Assembly (NCBI GenBank): GCA_029552945.1
Contig: JAKPDD010000032.1
Location: 142,377-206,376, forward strand
Length of the DNA: 64,000 nucleotides
Direction: 5' to 3'
From: Spirochaetota bacterium
GTDB taxonomy: Bacteria > Spirochaetota > GWB1-36-13 > JAKPDD01
Shown in pieces: positions 41,088 through 50,325 of the stretch. A model generated the notes under the pieces. That model made no database searches, was not told where the DNA came from, and worked only from the letters and a program-made list of their open reading frames with translations. Each line of letters begins with the position of its first letter. Position 1 is the first letter of the stretch. The position numbers were made by a program, and so were the translations under genes.

Positions 41088-42620
41088 TTACTCTAAAACA
41101 CTCTCTTTTTTAAGTTCAATAATATTAATAGCTTTTTCAGTAGCTTTTATAGCAGCCATTAACTGGTCTGAATGTACACCCTTTGTTTTATATTCCTTAC
41201 CTTCAAACTCCCAGGATATAGTTGTCTGAACCAGGGCTTCACTACTCCCCCCAGGTGGGATATTAACATAATAATCAACCAAATTAGGGACTGTAAACCC
41301 AAGTGTCTTAGCTGCAATCTTTAGTGCCTTAAAAAAAGCATCGAACCCCCCATCCCCCATTGATATAGATTCACATGTAGTATCTTTATATTTTACCATT
41401 ATAGAGGCAATAGGTTTAAGTTCATGAGAAGATGTTATAACATAAGATACAACACTAAATATATTTTTTATCTCTTTACTTTCAAGAATATCATCAATTA
41501 TATACGGAAGATCCTCCAAAGTTATAACATGTTTTAAGGCACTAAATTCAACTATTTTTTGCAAAACTTTAGCTTTTTCTTCCTCATTTAAATATATTCC
41601 CAATTTTTTTAAATTATGCTCAAGATTAGCTTTTCCTGATAATTTACCAAGTGCATACTCCCTTTCTCTCCCAAATCTTGCTGGATTAAGTTTATTTTCA
41701 TATAAATTCCCTTTCTTATCACCATCAGCATGTACACCAGCTGTTTGAGTAAAAACATTATCCCCCACTATTGGTTTATTTGCAGCCATCCTAACTGTAG
41801 AATAAAGCTGAACTGTTTTTGAGGTCTTATATAAATATTTCTCATCAATTGTAGTATAGAATCTATCTGAATAAAAATCCTTTATAGCTACAACAACCTC
41901 TTCAAGTGGAGCATTCCCTGCTCTTTCTCCCATCCCATTAACAGTAACATGAAGTCCATCAACCCCTGCCCTTATAGCAGCAAGACAATTGGCAGTCCCA
42001 AGTCCATAATCATTATGAGGATGAAAATCAAAATTTGTATCAGGAAAAATATCTTTAAGTTCTTTGATAAAATCAAATACATTTTCAGGGACCAACACAC
42101 CTAATGTATCAGGAAGCATTATTCTATTAACTCTGTCCTTCAAATTCTCTATAAGAAAAAATACATAATCCTTTGAATGAATCATACCATTTGACCAATC
42201 TTCAAGATATACATTTACTTTCATCCCTTTTTTCATAGCATAATCTATCTCTTTAAGTATATCAGAAAGATGCTCTTCTGGTGTTTTTTTTAGCTGAACT
42301 GACAAATGTTTCAGAGAACCTTTAGTAAGAAGGTTTATAACTCTAACACCAGTATTATATATCCAATCAATAGACTTTCCCATATCAACAAAACCAAGTA
42401 TTTCAAATTCATCTCTTTGCCCAAACTTTTCAACTATTTTTCTTATCAATTGGAACTCAGAGTCAGCAACCCTAGCACTAGTAAGTTCAATTCTATCAAC
42501 TTTTAAAAAATTAAGCAGGATATTTACAATATTTATTTTTTCTCCTTCAGTATAGGATACATTAGCCATCTGTTCTCCATCTCTTAAAGTTGTGTCCATT
42601 ATTTCTATCTTTTTAACCAT
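41088..42620 (-). CDS. cimA: (R)-citramalate synthase / 2-isopropylmalate synthase family enzyme, CimA-like
   Basis: DTTLRDGEQ, HxH (FHPHND), and a C-terminal LeuA-dimer regulatory domain. The SARV-type N-terminal region is more like CimA than the leuA at 56042. The cimA/leuA assignment cannot be made rigorous by eye. Confidence 0.6.
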   Translation of the reverse strand: MVKKIEIMDTTLRDGEQMANVSYTEGEKINIVNILLNFLKVDRIELTSARVADSEFQLIRKIVEKFGQRDEFEILGFVDMGKSIDWIYNTGVRVINLLTKGSLKHLSVQLKKTPEEHLSDILKEIDYAMKKGMKVNVYLEDWSNGMIHSKDYVFFLIENLKDRVNRIMLPDTLGVLVPENVFDFIKELKDIFPDTNFDFHPHNDYGLGTANCLAAIRAGVDGLHVTVNGMGERAGNAPLEEVVVAIKDFYSDRFYTTIDEKYLYKTSKTVQLYSTVRMAANKPIVGDNVFTQTAGVHADGDKKGNLYENKLNPARFGREREYALGKLSGKANLEHNLKKLGIYLNEEEKAKVLQKIVEFSALKHVITLEDLPYIIDDILESKEIKNIFSVVSYVITSSHELKPIASIMVKYKDTTCESISMGDGGFDAFFKALKIAAKTLGFTVPNLVDYYVNIPPGGSSEALVQTTISWEFEGKEYKTKGVHSDQLMAAIKATEKAINIIELKKESVLE

Positions 42621-42726
42621 TAAAGCTCCTTTAAATTATAAATAAGTCTAAATCAAATTAATTTAATAAATAAAAATATAATATAATTATATTTTATATG
42701 CTAAAATCTAAATAAAGGATATTTTA

Positions 42727-45615
42727 ATGATAAAATTAAAAAATATATTTTTTATAACTTGTTTTCTGGTATTTATCTTTTTTAACATAACATTTTCATT
42801 AGAGGATTATAATAATAAAAAAATAACAAAAGTTATTTTTAAAAATATAATAAACTCAGAAGAAAAAAAAATAAGGATGGCTCTCTTTCTTACAGAAGGA
42901 GCAACATTCAGAACTGAAGTTGCAGAAAATGATATAAATAGCCTATTTGAATTAGGCTTTTTTGATGATATCTCATTAGAAATAGAGATAAATCCAGATA
43001 ATACAATAAATCTTATATATACTTTTACAGAAAAACCTTTTATAAAAGAAATAATAATAGAAGGGAACAATGAGTTTAAGTCAGATAAAATAAAAGATAT
43101 GATTGAAAATAGGGAAAATTATTTCTATAACAAATACTCATTAGATAAAGATGCAAAGAGGATAAAAGAGGAGTATATTAAAAAAGGATATCTTGGAACA
43201 AAAGTTATTTTTTCTGTTGAAGATGAAAATAAAGAAAAAAATACTATAAAATTATATGTTAATATAATAGAAGGCCAACCCCTAATAATAAAAAAGGTTG
43301 ATTTTAGTAATAATATTTTTATAAAAACTGATATTTTAAAAAATTCACTTGACTTTATAAAAGAACCATGGGTTTTAAACCTTAAAACATACAATTTAAC
43401 AAGAGAAGACCTTGAAAAAGACCTTGAAAAAATTATCACAGAAGCAAACAAATATGGATATATTGATTTTAAGGTGGATAAAATAGACTTAAAAATATAT
43501 TTAAGTTATGAAACATTAGTAAAAAATGTTAAAGATCTAATAAAAAGTTATTTAAACGAAAGTCCAACTGATATTTTAAATACTACTCTTAATTACATTA
43601 AAGAAGAAAAATTTGAAGATGCCTACAACTTTTTATCTGATTTTTTTGATAAAAACTCTACTAAAGTAGATGAAGATGATAAAAAAGAATACAATAATGA
43701 TAAAAACAATATTTTAAATACTTTACAAATGTTTAAAAATATTAAAACAATAATAGATGAAACAATACCTGGGACAATAAGAGAAACAAAGATAGAAAAG
43801 AAAATAATATTAACAGAAAAAAATAAAGAAGCAGGATATTATATAAACTTCAATGTGAATGAAGGTAATACATATCTATTTGCTGGAATCGATATAAAAG
43901 GAAACAAAAGACTTACAACAAAAGAGATCAAAGAAAATCTTACACTGGAGAGGGGTGATATTTTTTCTTATTCCAAGTTTGAAGACTTCATAAGAAACAC
44001 ATATATAGAATATCAGACAAATGGATTTTTCTATTGTAAGTTAACTCCTATTGAAGATAAAGACACTAAAAAAGATACAATATTTTATACAATAGACATA
44101 TATGAAGGGGATAAAGTTCACATAGAAAATATGTATATAATTGGGAATACAAAGACTAAAAGTTTTGTTATAGACAGAGAAATAAGAATAAAAGAGGGGG
44201 AAGTTTATAATTTTTCAGCAATAAGAAGATCACAAGAAAGACTTATGAGGACACAGTACTTTAAGAATGTAGAGTTTGAACCAAGAATAGGTTCTGAAGA
44301 AGGTTTAATAGATATAATCTGGAAAATAGAAGAGGCAAAGACAGGTCTTTTTACAATAGGTGGTGGTTATAGTACCTTAAGCGGATTATCTGGTTTTGCT
44401 CAAATATCAGAAATGAATCTCTTTGGAATGGGTTACAATATATCTTTAAGAGGAGAATTGGGGCAAAATGGTAGATCAATAACAACAAGTTTTGGTTCAG
44501 GCTGGATAGGATATATTCCTGTAAGTTATAAGTTTTCAATATCATATTCATGGAATAGATTATTTTTTGTGCCAAAGTATGACAGAAACCATGATGGTTA
44601 TGCAGATAAAATAATCTTGAAAGATGATAATAACTATTACTTTGTTCAGGAAAACAATAACGATTACTATTATTACTATGACCAGGATAGAGACGGGAGC
44701 TTCACAACTTCAAATGGTATAGGGGATCCAAGTTACATTGGGCTTATATCAAGCCCTGAATGGCCAAACACTAATGACGACCTTTCAACAGAAAGATATA
44801 TAGATAAAAAAACAGTTGGTTTTTCCTTAGGTCTAGGATATTCAATCTCAGAATATTGGGGGATAGGCTTAGGACAATCTATCTCTTTTGGTAAATATTA
44901 TAATCCAAAAAACATAACAGTTAATAACCTTTATGAGAGTTCAGAATATAGATTAAAAACAGATATAGAAAAAGGTAATTATTCAATAGTAACAAAAACA
45001 AGTTTTTCAGTAGGTTATGATTCTACTGATGAGCCACTTATCCCAACAAAAGGTTTTATATTTTCACCAAGTGTAAGTTTTTATGGATTACAGGGTGGAT
45101 ATAATAAATACACAGACCTTTCACTTGACATTGCAGGATATGTTACTCTATATAAAATTAAAAGTGCAAGATTCAATATTGTATGGGCAAACAGATTGGG
45201 AATAGAAACAATAGCACCATTACCAGGAAAAAAAGACCCTCAAATATACAGTGAAAATAAATTAAGTTTTGATGGTATAAGAGAATTAAGAGGATGGGGT
45301 GATTATGTATATGAAGATAATCTTAAAGGTTTTGGCAAAGTGAGTTTTGGAAGCGAAATAAGAATTCCAATCCCAGGTACTGAAAGATTATTATGGTGGG
45401 CATTTTTCTTTGATGCAGGGAATGTTAGTAAAGACCCTTTAACATTACCTACAGACTTAAAAAAATATAAATATAGTGATGGATTCGGTCTTAAAATAGA
45501 GATACCAATGTTCCCAATAAGACTATATTTTGCTGAGAGGAGAGAATGGGAAAATGGTTCTTTAAGAAGCAAAGAAGGGCTTAACTTCTTATTATCAATT
45601 TCAGGATTCTTTTAA
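42727..45615 (+). CDS. bamA: outer membrane protein assembly factor BamA (Omp85), 962 aa, with low-complexity insertions
   Basis: Signal peptide, POTRA repeats, a C-terminal surface-antigen beta-barrel, and a C-terminal aromatic residue (…ISGFF). Confidence 0.85.
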   Translation: MIKLKNIFFITCFLVFIFFNITFSLEDYNNKKITKVIFKNIINSEEKKIRMALFLTEGATFRTEVAENDINSLFELGFFDDISLEIEINPDNTINLIYTFTEKPFIKEIIIEGNNEFKSDKIKDMIENRENYFYNKYSLDKDAKRIKEEYIKKGYLGTKVIFSVEDENKEKNTIKLYVNIIEGQPLIIKKVDFSNNIFIKTDILKNSLDFIKEPWVLNLKTYNLTREDLEKDLEKIITEANKYGYIDFKVDKIDLKIYLSYETLVKNVKDLIKSYLNESPTDILNTTLNYIKEEKFEDAYNFLSDFFDKNSTKVDEDDKKEYNNDKNNILNTLQMFKNIKTIIDETIPGTIRETKIEKKIILTEKNKEAGYYINFNVNEGNTYLFAGIDIKGNKRLTTKEIKENLTLERGDIFSYSKFEDFIRNTYIEYQTNGFFYCKLTPIEDKDTKKDTIFYTIDIYEGDKVHIENMYIIGNTKTKSFVIDREIRIKEGEVYNFSAIRRSQERLMRTQYFKNVEFEPRIGSEEGLIDIIWKIEEAKTGLFTIGGGYSTLSGLSGFAQISEMNLFGMGYNISLRGELGQNGRSITTSFGSGWIGYIPVSYKFSISYSWNRLFFVPKYDRNHDGYADKIILKDDNNYYFVQENNNDYYYYYDQDRDGSFTTSNGIGDPSYIGLISSPEWPNTNDDLSTERYIDKKTVGFSLGLGYSISEYWGIGLGQSISFGKYYNPKNITVNNLYESSEYRLKTDIEKGNYSIVTKTSFSVGYDSTDEPLIPTKGFIFSPSVSFYGLQGGYNKYTDLSLDIAGYVTLYKIKSARFNIVWANRLGIETIAPLPGKKDPQIYSENKLSFDGIRELRGWGDYVYEDNLKGFGKVSFGSEIRIPIPGTERLLWWAFFFDAGNVSKDPLTLPTDLKKYKYSDGFGLKIEIPMFPIRLYFAERREWENGSLRSKEGLNFLLSISGFF

Positions 45616-45629
45616 AAAAGAGGTTAGCT

Positions 45630-46145
45630 ATGAAAAAAATTTTTGCTTCCTTTTTTATTATATTAATTGTAAATCTATCTTATGCTAAAATAATACTAAA
45701 ACCAGGAATACTTAATCTTGAAAAACTATCAAACAGTTTTAAAGAATTATCAGACTTAAAGCAAAGTCTTTACAAAGAACTTGACATTAAAATCTTATTA
45801 AAAAACTCTCTTAATACTTCAATAATATATTTAGAAAAAGAGAGCTTAGGAAAAACTAATCTATCGCAGAAAATATTATTTGAATCAACAATAATACATT
45901 ATAAACAAAGGATATATAAAATAGAACAGGACGAAGAAAAGTTTAAGAAATTAGTAGAGAAAAACCCTGCATTCATAGAACTTAAGAAAAAAATGATTAA
46001 ATTTATAACAACAACAAAAATTAAATGGGGATTTGGATTTATTATTCAAAATGATCAAGATATAATTTTATTTATGGATAAATATCCAGACTTTAATAGA
46101 ATAATAGATGAAGAAATAAATTCTACAAAAGAAGGAGAGGAGTAA
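45630..46145 (+). CDS. putative OmpH/Skp-like periplasmic chaperone (divergent)
   Basis: Signal peptide and a coiled-coil-rich 171-aa protein directly after bamA; only weak similarity to the next gene. Confidence 0.4.
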   Translation: MKKIFASFFIILIVNLSYAKIILKPGILNLEKLSNSFKELSDLKQSLYKELDIKILLKNSLNTSIIYLEKESLGKTNLSQKILFESTIIHYKQRIYKIEQDEEKFKKLVEKNPAFIELKKKMIKFITTTKIKWGFGFIIQNDQDIILFMDKYPDFNRIIDEEINSTKEGEE

Positions 46146-46658
46146 ATGAAAAAGGTTGTAATATTATTATCAGTTATCATATTGCCTATTTTTTCAATAT
46201 CAGCAAAAGAACCAAAAATAATACAGATAGGATATGTAGATATACAAAAAGTAATGAACAACTATTCAAAAGGTAAACAGGCAATTCAGTACCTTCAGAG
46301 TTTAAAAGATTCTTATGAATCAAAGAAAAAAAATATGGAAGATGAAATAAAAAAAATTGAAAAAGAATTAGAAACAAAGTCAAAAGACCTCAATGAAACA
46401 CAGCTTAGAGATTACCTTACAACAATAGAAACAAAAAGACAGGAACTTGAAATATTCACTAAAAACGCTAATGCAGACCTTAAAAATAAAGAAACATCTA
46501 TGTTAAAGCCATTATATGAAAAGATTCTTGAAACCCTTAAAAAAATTGCCCAGGAACAAGGTTATAATCTCGTAATAGATAGTAAATATGTACTTATAGC
46601 AGACCCTGACCTTGATTTAACAGATCCCCTTATAAAGGCATTAGAAGCTAACCCTTAG
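46146..46658 (+). CDS. skp: periplasmic chaperone Skp/OmpH
   Basis: Signal peptide, IGYVDIQKVM start of the OmpH domain, and YVLIADPDLDLTDPLIKAL C-terminus. Confidence 0.75.
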   Translation: MKKVVILLSVIILPIFSISAKEPKIIQIGYVDIQKVMNNYSKGKQAIQYLQSLKDSYESKKKNMEDEIKKIEKELETKSKDLNETQLRDYLTTIETKRQELEIFTKNANADLKNKETSMLKPLYEKILETLKKIAQEQGYNLVIDSKYVLIADPDLDLTDPLIKALEANP

Positions 46659-46659
46659 G

Positions 46660-47238
46660 ATGAAAAAAAATTTAATACTGCTACTTATTATTTTACCAAT
46701 CTATTATCTATATTCTATAAAATTGCCAAAAGAACCAGAATTAAAGTCCCCAGAAATTCAAGACGAAAGTAATTTAAAACCTGTGATAATCGATATATAT
46801 GGCACTGCCTTTAAAATTAGAGGAAACGCGTATATAAAAGAGTTTACTTTAAAAATAAAAACTTTAAAAGAAGGATTTACTTTCTACAAGGACATAAGCT
46901 TAAACTCAATAAAAGAGATAGAAATACTTGAATGGAAAGGAGTTTTATACGATAAAGAAAAAGCAAGCTATCTATTTTATCCTGTCTATTACAAAATAAT
47001 TGACAATAATAACATAAGTTTTGAATATAAACAAAATATAAAAGAGTTAAACAAAATAATAGTAACCACCCCCTACGGTAAAACAACAGTTTTTTCAATA
47101 TTTTTTGATTATTTTAATGGTAAAAAGTGGGAATCTGGTATTGAAGGATTAAGTTTAACAAGAGAAAAACCTATACCAAAAGTCTTTACAAAAATAATAT
47201 TGGAAGTAAAAGAGGATAATAACAAAAAAAATGAATGA
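46660..47238 (+). CDS. hypothetical secreted protein
   Basis: Signal peptide; no recognisable motif. Confidence 0.4.
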   Translation: MKKNLILLLIILPIYYLYSIKLPKEPELKSPEIQDESNLKPVIIDIYGTAFKIRGNAYIKEFTLKIKTLKEGFTFYKDISLNSIKEIEILEWKGVLYDKEKASYLFYPVYYKIIDNNNISFEYKQNIKELNKIIVTTPYGKTTVFSIFFDYFNGKKWESGIEGLSLTREKPIPKVFTKIILEVKEDNNKKNE

Positions 47239-47605
47239 GTTAGAAGAGTGGTTAAAAAACAATCAAAATAAAATTAAAGACTACTTAGAAGAAAAAAACG
47301 AAGATAAATCTGAAGAAAATAATAAAAAAATAAAAATTGATATTCCTGAAATAGATCTTCATGGTCTAACACTAAGTCAGGCAATAATAAAAGTCAAATC
47401 TTTTATACTTGAAAAAATTGAATATTATGATAAGATAAGAATAATACATGGGAAAGGTAAACACAGCAGTACTCCAGTTCTAAGAGATGGGATAAGAGAA
47501 TGGCTTGAAAAATATAGAAAAAAAGAGAAATTAATAAAAGACTATTCCTACGAAAAGCCTGAAAATGGTGGAACCGGGGCAACAATTGTATGGCTTTTAA
47601 AATAA
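47231..47605 (+). CDS. Smr (small MutS-related) domain protein
   Basis: IDLHGLTLSQA...IRIIHGKGKHS...PVLRDGIREWL, the Smr pattern. Confidence 0.7.
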   Translation: MNELEEWLKNNQNKIKDYLEEKNEDKSEENNKKIKIDIPEIDLHGLTLSQAIIKVKSFILEKIEYYDKIRIIHGKGKHSSTPVLRDGIREWLEKYRKKEKLIKDYSYEKPENGGTGATIVWLLK

Positions 47606-49356
47606 AAAAAGAGTTTATAAAAAACCTACCTACAGAACCAGGAGTATATCTATTCAGCAAAGAAAATACAATAATATATGTAGGAAAGGCCAAAAATTTA
47701 AAAAAAAGAATATCATCATATTTTTCAAAAAAACATAATGATCTTAAAACACAACTATTATCACAAAACATTGATAAAATTGATTTTATAATAACAACCT
47801 CTGAAGTAGATGCATTAATTCTAGAAGATAAACTTATTAAAAAACATAAACCAAAATTCAATATACAATTAAAAGATAATAAAACCTATCCCTACATAGC
47901 CATAGATTATAATACACTTTTCCCCAGAATTTATAAAACAAGAGAAAACCACAAAAAAGGTGTAATATATTATGGCCCTTTTACTGAAATAAATATTTTA
48001 AATAATTTATTGAAAATAGGAATAGATTTTTTTGGTCTAAGAAGTTGTAAAACAAAAATAAAAAAGGATAAACCTAAAAAGGTTTGCCTTTACTACCATA
48101 TAAAAAAATGCCCTGGGTATTGCACTCTTAAAATTGATGAAAATGAATATATTAGTAACCTTGAAAACTTTAAAAAACTTATAACAGGAAATAGAAAAGC
48201 ATTGTTAACAGAACTTCATGAAAAAATGTTAAAATATGCTAATAATCTTGAGTTCGAAAAAGCAGCAAAAATAAGAGATACAATATTATTTATAGAAAAA
48301 ATTAAATCAAGCTCAATAATATACTTTAAACTTAAAAAAGATATTGATGTAATAGGCACCTTTACTGAAGACAAAAAAGAATATTTTATATCTATCCTAT
48401 CTTTCAGAGATGGAGTCGCAACATCGAAAAAAAGCATAAAAGTTAAAAATAATCTTTTAGCTGAAGAAGAGATGATATCCCAGGTAATATCAAGATATTA
48501 TATTGAAAATCAGACACCATCAATTATATTAACAAGAATTAAAGTAAACAAAGATATAAAAGAATATTTGTCAAAGTACTGGGGAAAAAAAGTTAAAATT
48601 ATTACTCCTAAAAAAACTCTTAAAATACTTGATATAGCTGATAAAAATGCAAAACATGAGTATATATTAGAAAACATGCAAATAAGAAATTACAACCTTA
48701 AAGAATTATTGAAACTATCAAAAGAACCTGAAACAATAGAATGCTTTGATATAGCTACAATTGAAGGAAAATGGAGTGTAGGTTCGTCTGTAAGATTTTA
48801 TAATTATAAACCTGATAAGTCCAATTATAGAGCTTATAAAATAGGCGACTTTGAAGTGCCAAATGACTATGAAATGATTCAAATCTTATTACTAAAAAGA
48901 ATAGGCTCAAAAAGGGAACTGCCAGATATGATAATAATAGATGGCGGTAAAGGGCAACTTAGTTCTGCCTTAGAGATTTTGAACTTTTTTTTTATAAATA
49001 TAGATGTAATAGCTATTGCAAAAAAAGAGGAAATAATATATACTAAAAATGGTGAAGAAATAGTACTTGAAAAAACATCAAAGATATTAAAACTTATAAC
49101 TAAAATAAGAGATGAATCACACAGATTCGCTAATATTTTACATGATAAAATAAGAACAAAAAGATTAAAAACAACAAACCTTGAAAAAATAAAAGGAATA
49201 GGTAAAAAAAGAATAAGTTTATTACTTGGTAAGTATGGAAGTATTGAAAACATGTTAAAAAACTCACCTCAAAAAATATCAGAAGAGACAGGTATTCCAC
49301 TCAAGATTGCAGAAAAAATAGTTGAAAATATAAAAATAAAAAATTTTTTAAGTTAA
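47590..49356 (+). CDS. uvrC: excinuclease ABC subunit C
   Basis: GIY-YIG (PGVYLF...IIYVGKAKNLKKR), a UvrB-interacting motif (FEKAAKIRD), and a C-terminal HhH (IKGIGKKRISLLL). Confidence 0.9.
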   Translation: MAFKIKKEFIKNLPTEPGVYLFSKENTIIYVGKAKNLKKRISSYFSKKHNDLKTQLLSQNIDKIDFIITTSEVDALILEDKLIKKHKPKFNIQLKDNKTYPYIAIDYNTLFPRIYKTRENHKKGVIYYGPFTEINILNNLLKIGIDFFGLRSCKTKIKKDKPKKVCLYYHIKKCPGYCTLKIDENEYISNLENFKKLITGNRKALLTELHEKMLKYANNLEFEKAAKIRDTILFIEKIKSSSIIYFKLKKDIDVIGTFTEDKKEYFISILSFRDGVATSKKSIKVKNNLLAEEEMISQVISRYYIENQTPSIILTRIKVNKDIKEYLSKYWGKKVKIITPKKTLKILDIADKNAKHEYILENMQIRNYNLKELLKLSKEPETIECFDIATIEGKWSVGSSVRFYNYKPDKSNYRAYKIGDFEVPNDYEMIQILLLKRIGSKRELPDMIIIDGGKGQLSSALEILNFFFINIDVIAIAKKEEIIYTKNGEEIVLEKTSKILKLITKIRDESHRFANILHDKIRTKRLKTTNLEKIKGIGKKRISLLLGKYGSIENMLKNSPQKISEETGIPLKIAEKIVENIKIKNFLS

Positions 49357-49406
49357 AATTTTAAAATAAAAAATAAAATTTTGCCAACCTAAAACTAAAA
49401 CTGTAT

Positions 49407-50261
49407 TTATAAATAATTCTTTATAGCTTCATGTATCTTTATAATAGATTCTTTCTGATTCATTATATAAAAGTGTAGCCCTTTTACACCATTTTTAAGT
49501 AAATCTAAACTTTGGTTTATAGCAAACTCTATCCCTATTTTCTTTATTACTTCCTGATTATCTTTGTATTTCTCAAGATTATTTTTAAGAGTTTCCGGTA
49601 ATAAAGGCTTTGCTATCTCTGTGATTTTCTGTAATTGATTATAATTTGTTATTATAAATATACCAGCTAAAATAGGCTTGTTTATCCCTATTTTCTCTAT
49701 TTTATCTATAAAATTATAAAATACTTTATTATCAAAAAACAATTGAGTTATACCAAAACTTGCCCCATTATCAAACTTTAATTTAAGATAATTAATATCA
49801 TCTTCAAGTGTTCTGGCTTCAGGATGTTTCTCTGGATAACAAGCAATACCTATACAAAAATCTTTTTTTGAAATATATTTTACAAGATCTGAGGCATGTT
49901 TAAAGTCACCCTCTTTTAAATCCCCTTCTTTCGGGGTATCACCTCTTAAAGCAAGTATATTTTCAATATTATTTTCTTTAAACTCGCTTATTATTTTATC
50001 CAATTCATCTATTGAACTTCCTATACATGTAAGATGAGCCATAGGCTCTATACCAATATTTGACTTTATATAACTTGCTATCTTTTCTGTGTTTTTTCTT
50101 GTTGAGCCCCCAGCTCCATATGTTACAGATATAAAGTCTGGCTTCAAGTATTTTATATCCATTATTGTTTGGTATAATTGTTCAATATTGCCATCTTTTT
50201 TTGGTGGGAAAACTTCAATTGAAAAACTTTTTTTATTTTGAAGGATCTTACTTATCTTCAT
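49407..50261 (-). CDS. metF: 5,10-methylenetetrahydrofolate reductase
   Basis: FSIEVFPPK, ISVTYGAGGSTR and HLTCIG motifs. Confidence 0.85.
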   Translation of the reverse strand: MKISKILQNKKSFSIEVFPPKKDGNIEQLYQTIMDIKYLKPDFISVTYGAGGSTRKNTEKIASYIKSNIGIEPMAHLTCIGSSIDELDKIISEFKENNIENILALRGDTPKEGDLKEGDFKHASDLVKYISKKDFCIGIACYPEKHPEARTLEDDINYLKLKFDNGASFGITQLFFDNKVFYNFIDKIEKIGINKPILAGIFIITNYNQLQKITEIAKPLLPETLKNNLEKYKDNQEVIKKIGIEFAINQSLDLLKNGVKGLHFYIMNQKESIIKIHEAIKNYL

Positions 50262-50325
50262 AAAAACCTCTATATAACTTATTGGTCATTTAGAGATATA
50301 AAATATAATAATAAAATACCATATT

